From: Camelus dromedarius
Lineage: Eukaryota
Direction: 5' to 3'
Assembly: GCF_036321535.1 (NCBI RefSeq)
Contig: NC_087437.1
Location: 55,430,001-55,494,000, forward strand
DNA length: 64,000 nucleotides
The translations under genes and the position numbers were made by a program. Below the pieces are notes generated by a model. The model saw nothing but the letters and a program-made list of their open reading frames with translations. It was not told where the DNA came from and did not search any database. Shown here piece by piece: positions 62,821 through 64,000 of the stretch; position 1 is the first letter of the stretch, and each line of letters opens with the position of its first letter.

Positions 62821-64000
62821 TTGTTTTTATGCATTTATTGCTTAGCATTTTATAACAGTATGCATGTCAAAATCTATATGTGCTTACAAATGTATAACAG
62901 AGTTTTGATGGCCAATAAATATGGACATATAGGAAAAAAGTAAGTTGTTAAGTTTTTAAAGCAGCAATGAAGTAATTGCAAAATAATTTTACTTTCCATT
63001 AAAAATCAATAAAAACTTTTCTAATTCAACTAGCCTTTAAATAATTCGAGAACTGTGTCGTATAAACACTTTTCTCTCTTCTTTAAAAAATGTTTAATAT
63101 TCATTTTATTTTCAGGGATGAGAAGTCTAGCATCTATAAAATTTGCCTATAAAAGGGGATTTTTCTCTTTATATAAAAATCAAAGTCAGGTAAGGATTAA
63201 ACTGAAGATGATTGTTTACATTCTGTTTTTGAAATGTACACTAATGTGTGACGTGGACTTATCAGACCACCAGGCACATTTTGCCAGAAAAGGTGTGATG
63301 AGAACACATTGAGCAGACAGATAGAAGGAGGGTGTGGCATATGGTGCTGAGGAGCCAATAGGAATGGCAGCCCCGACCCTGTAACTAAGGGGAAAACAGG
63401 AGTTCTAACTCCCCACTCCAAGCTGATTGTCCAGGGCCAGTGGGATCAGTAGATGTCAGAGTTTAAAGATCCCCTGGTTCATTTATAGACAGAAAAATAT
63501 GAAGCTAAAGAAAGAGAGATACTTGCAGATTATCAGGAAGAATAACCATTTTCCATGACTTCCACTCTCAGCTTCGCCCACCCCCTCGTATTTAGAGGAA
63601 TAACGTAGGAGCCGGTGGTGAGAGCAGCAAGAACTGGGTGTGTGCTACGTTACTCCTGCGGCCTCTGGGATCTTCCCCACCCCTCCCGTCTTTCCCAGGG
63701 GCAAGTGGGATTGACCTACAGCCCACCATGCAGTTCCTTGCACTGAAACTTGCTCATCCATCTCCACGATCCCCTGCCTGGTTAGCTAGTGTCTGTCACT
63801 GTGATGTGAGGGAAAATGCAATGTGCTGGTGCTCAGAAGTTCCACATTCCACCTATGAAATCCAAGACCAGTTCCTTAACTTTACAGGGCCTTAGTTTTT
63901 TTCACCCCTTACATGAGGTTAAACAGTTCCTACCATGACACCGTCCCACATTTTATGAGGATTAAATCAGTTGGAGGGTATTAAGGTTTGTAAACCCTGA

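Noticed and set aside
1..64000. A novel multi-gene system, CRISPR array or operon
   Set aside because: This is mammalian intronic and intergenic DNA. I saw no regularly spaced repeat-spacer array and no long intact ORFs. Everything coding-like is TPRG1 or decayed transposon sequence.

Overview
Mammalian (eukaryotic) genomic DNA, most likely a camelid (alpaca, llama or camel). This is inferred from a vic-1-type tRNA-Ala SINE, cetartiodactyl-type L1 3' ends, and the absence of recognisable Alu, Bov-tA/BovB, PRE-1 or SINEC elements. The window holds the last two coding exons of TPRG1 (tumor protein p63-regulated gene 1; + strand, 16095-16248 and 27222-27416). These are preceded by the distal ~16 kb of a long intron and followed by ~36 kb with no recognisable gene (in human this interval leads toward TP63). 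Much of the rest is interspersed repeat: MIR, L2, L3/CR1, L1, HAL1, MaLR and ERV1 LTRs, ERV-L internal sequence, hAT DNA transposons and microsatellites. Nearly all ORFs in the supplied track are spurious. I found no evidence of a new multi-gene system. The best leads are (1) a GC-box/G4 element followed by an ATG-led ORF and a splice donor in frame with the penultimate TPRG1 exon (candidate internal promoter and short isoform) and (2) an ERV-L relic whose gag is split, with one piece inverted and displaced. Several L1 insertions with informative structures and an ancient RTE-clade LINE relic are also noted. All family and gene assignments come from remembered consensus sequences, not database searches, and repeat boundaries are approximate.
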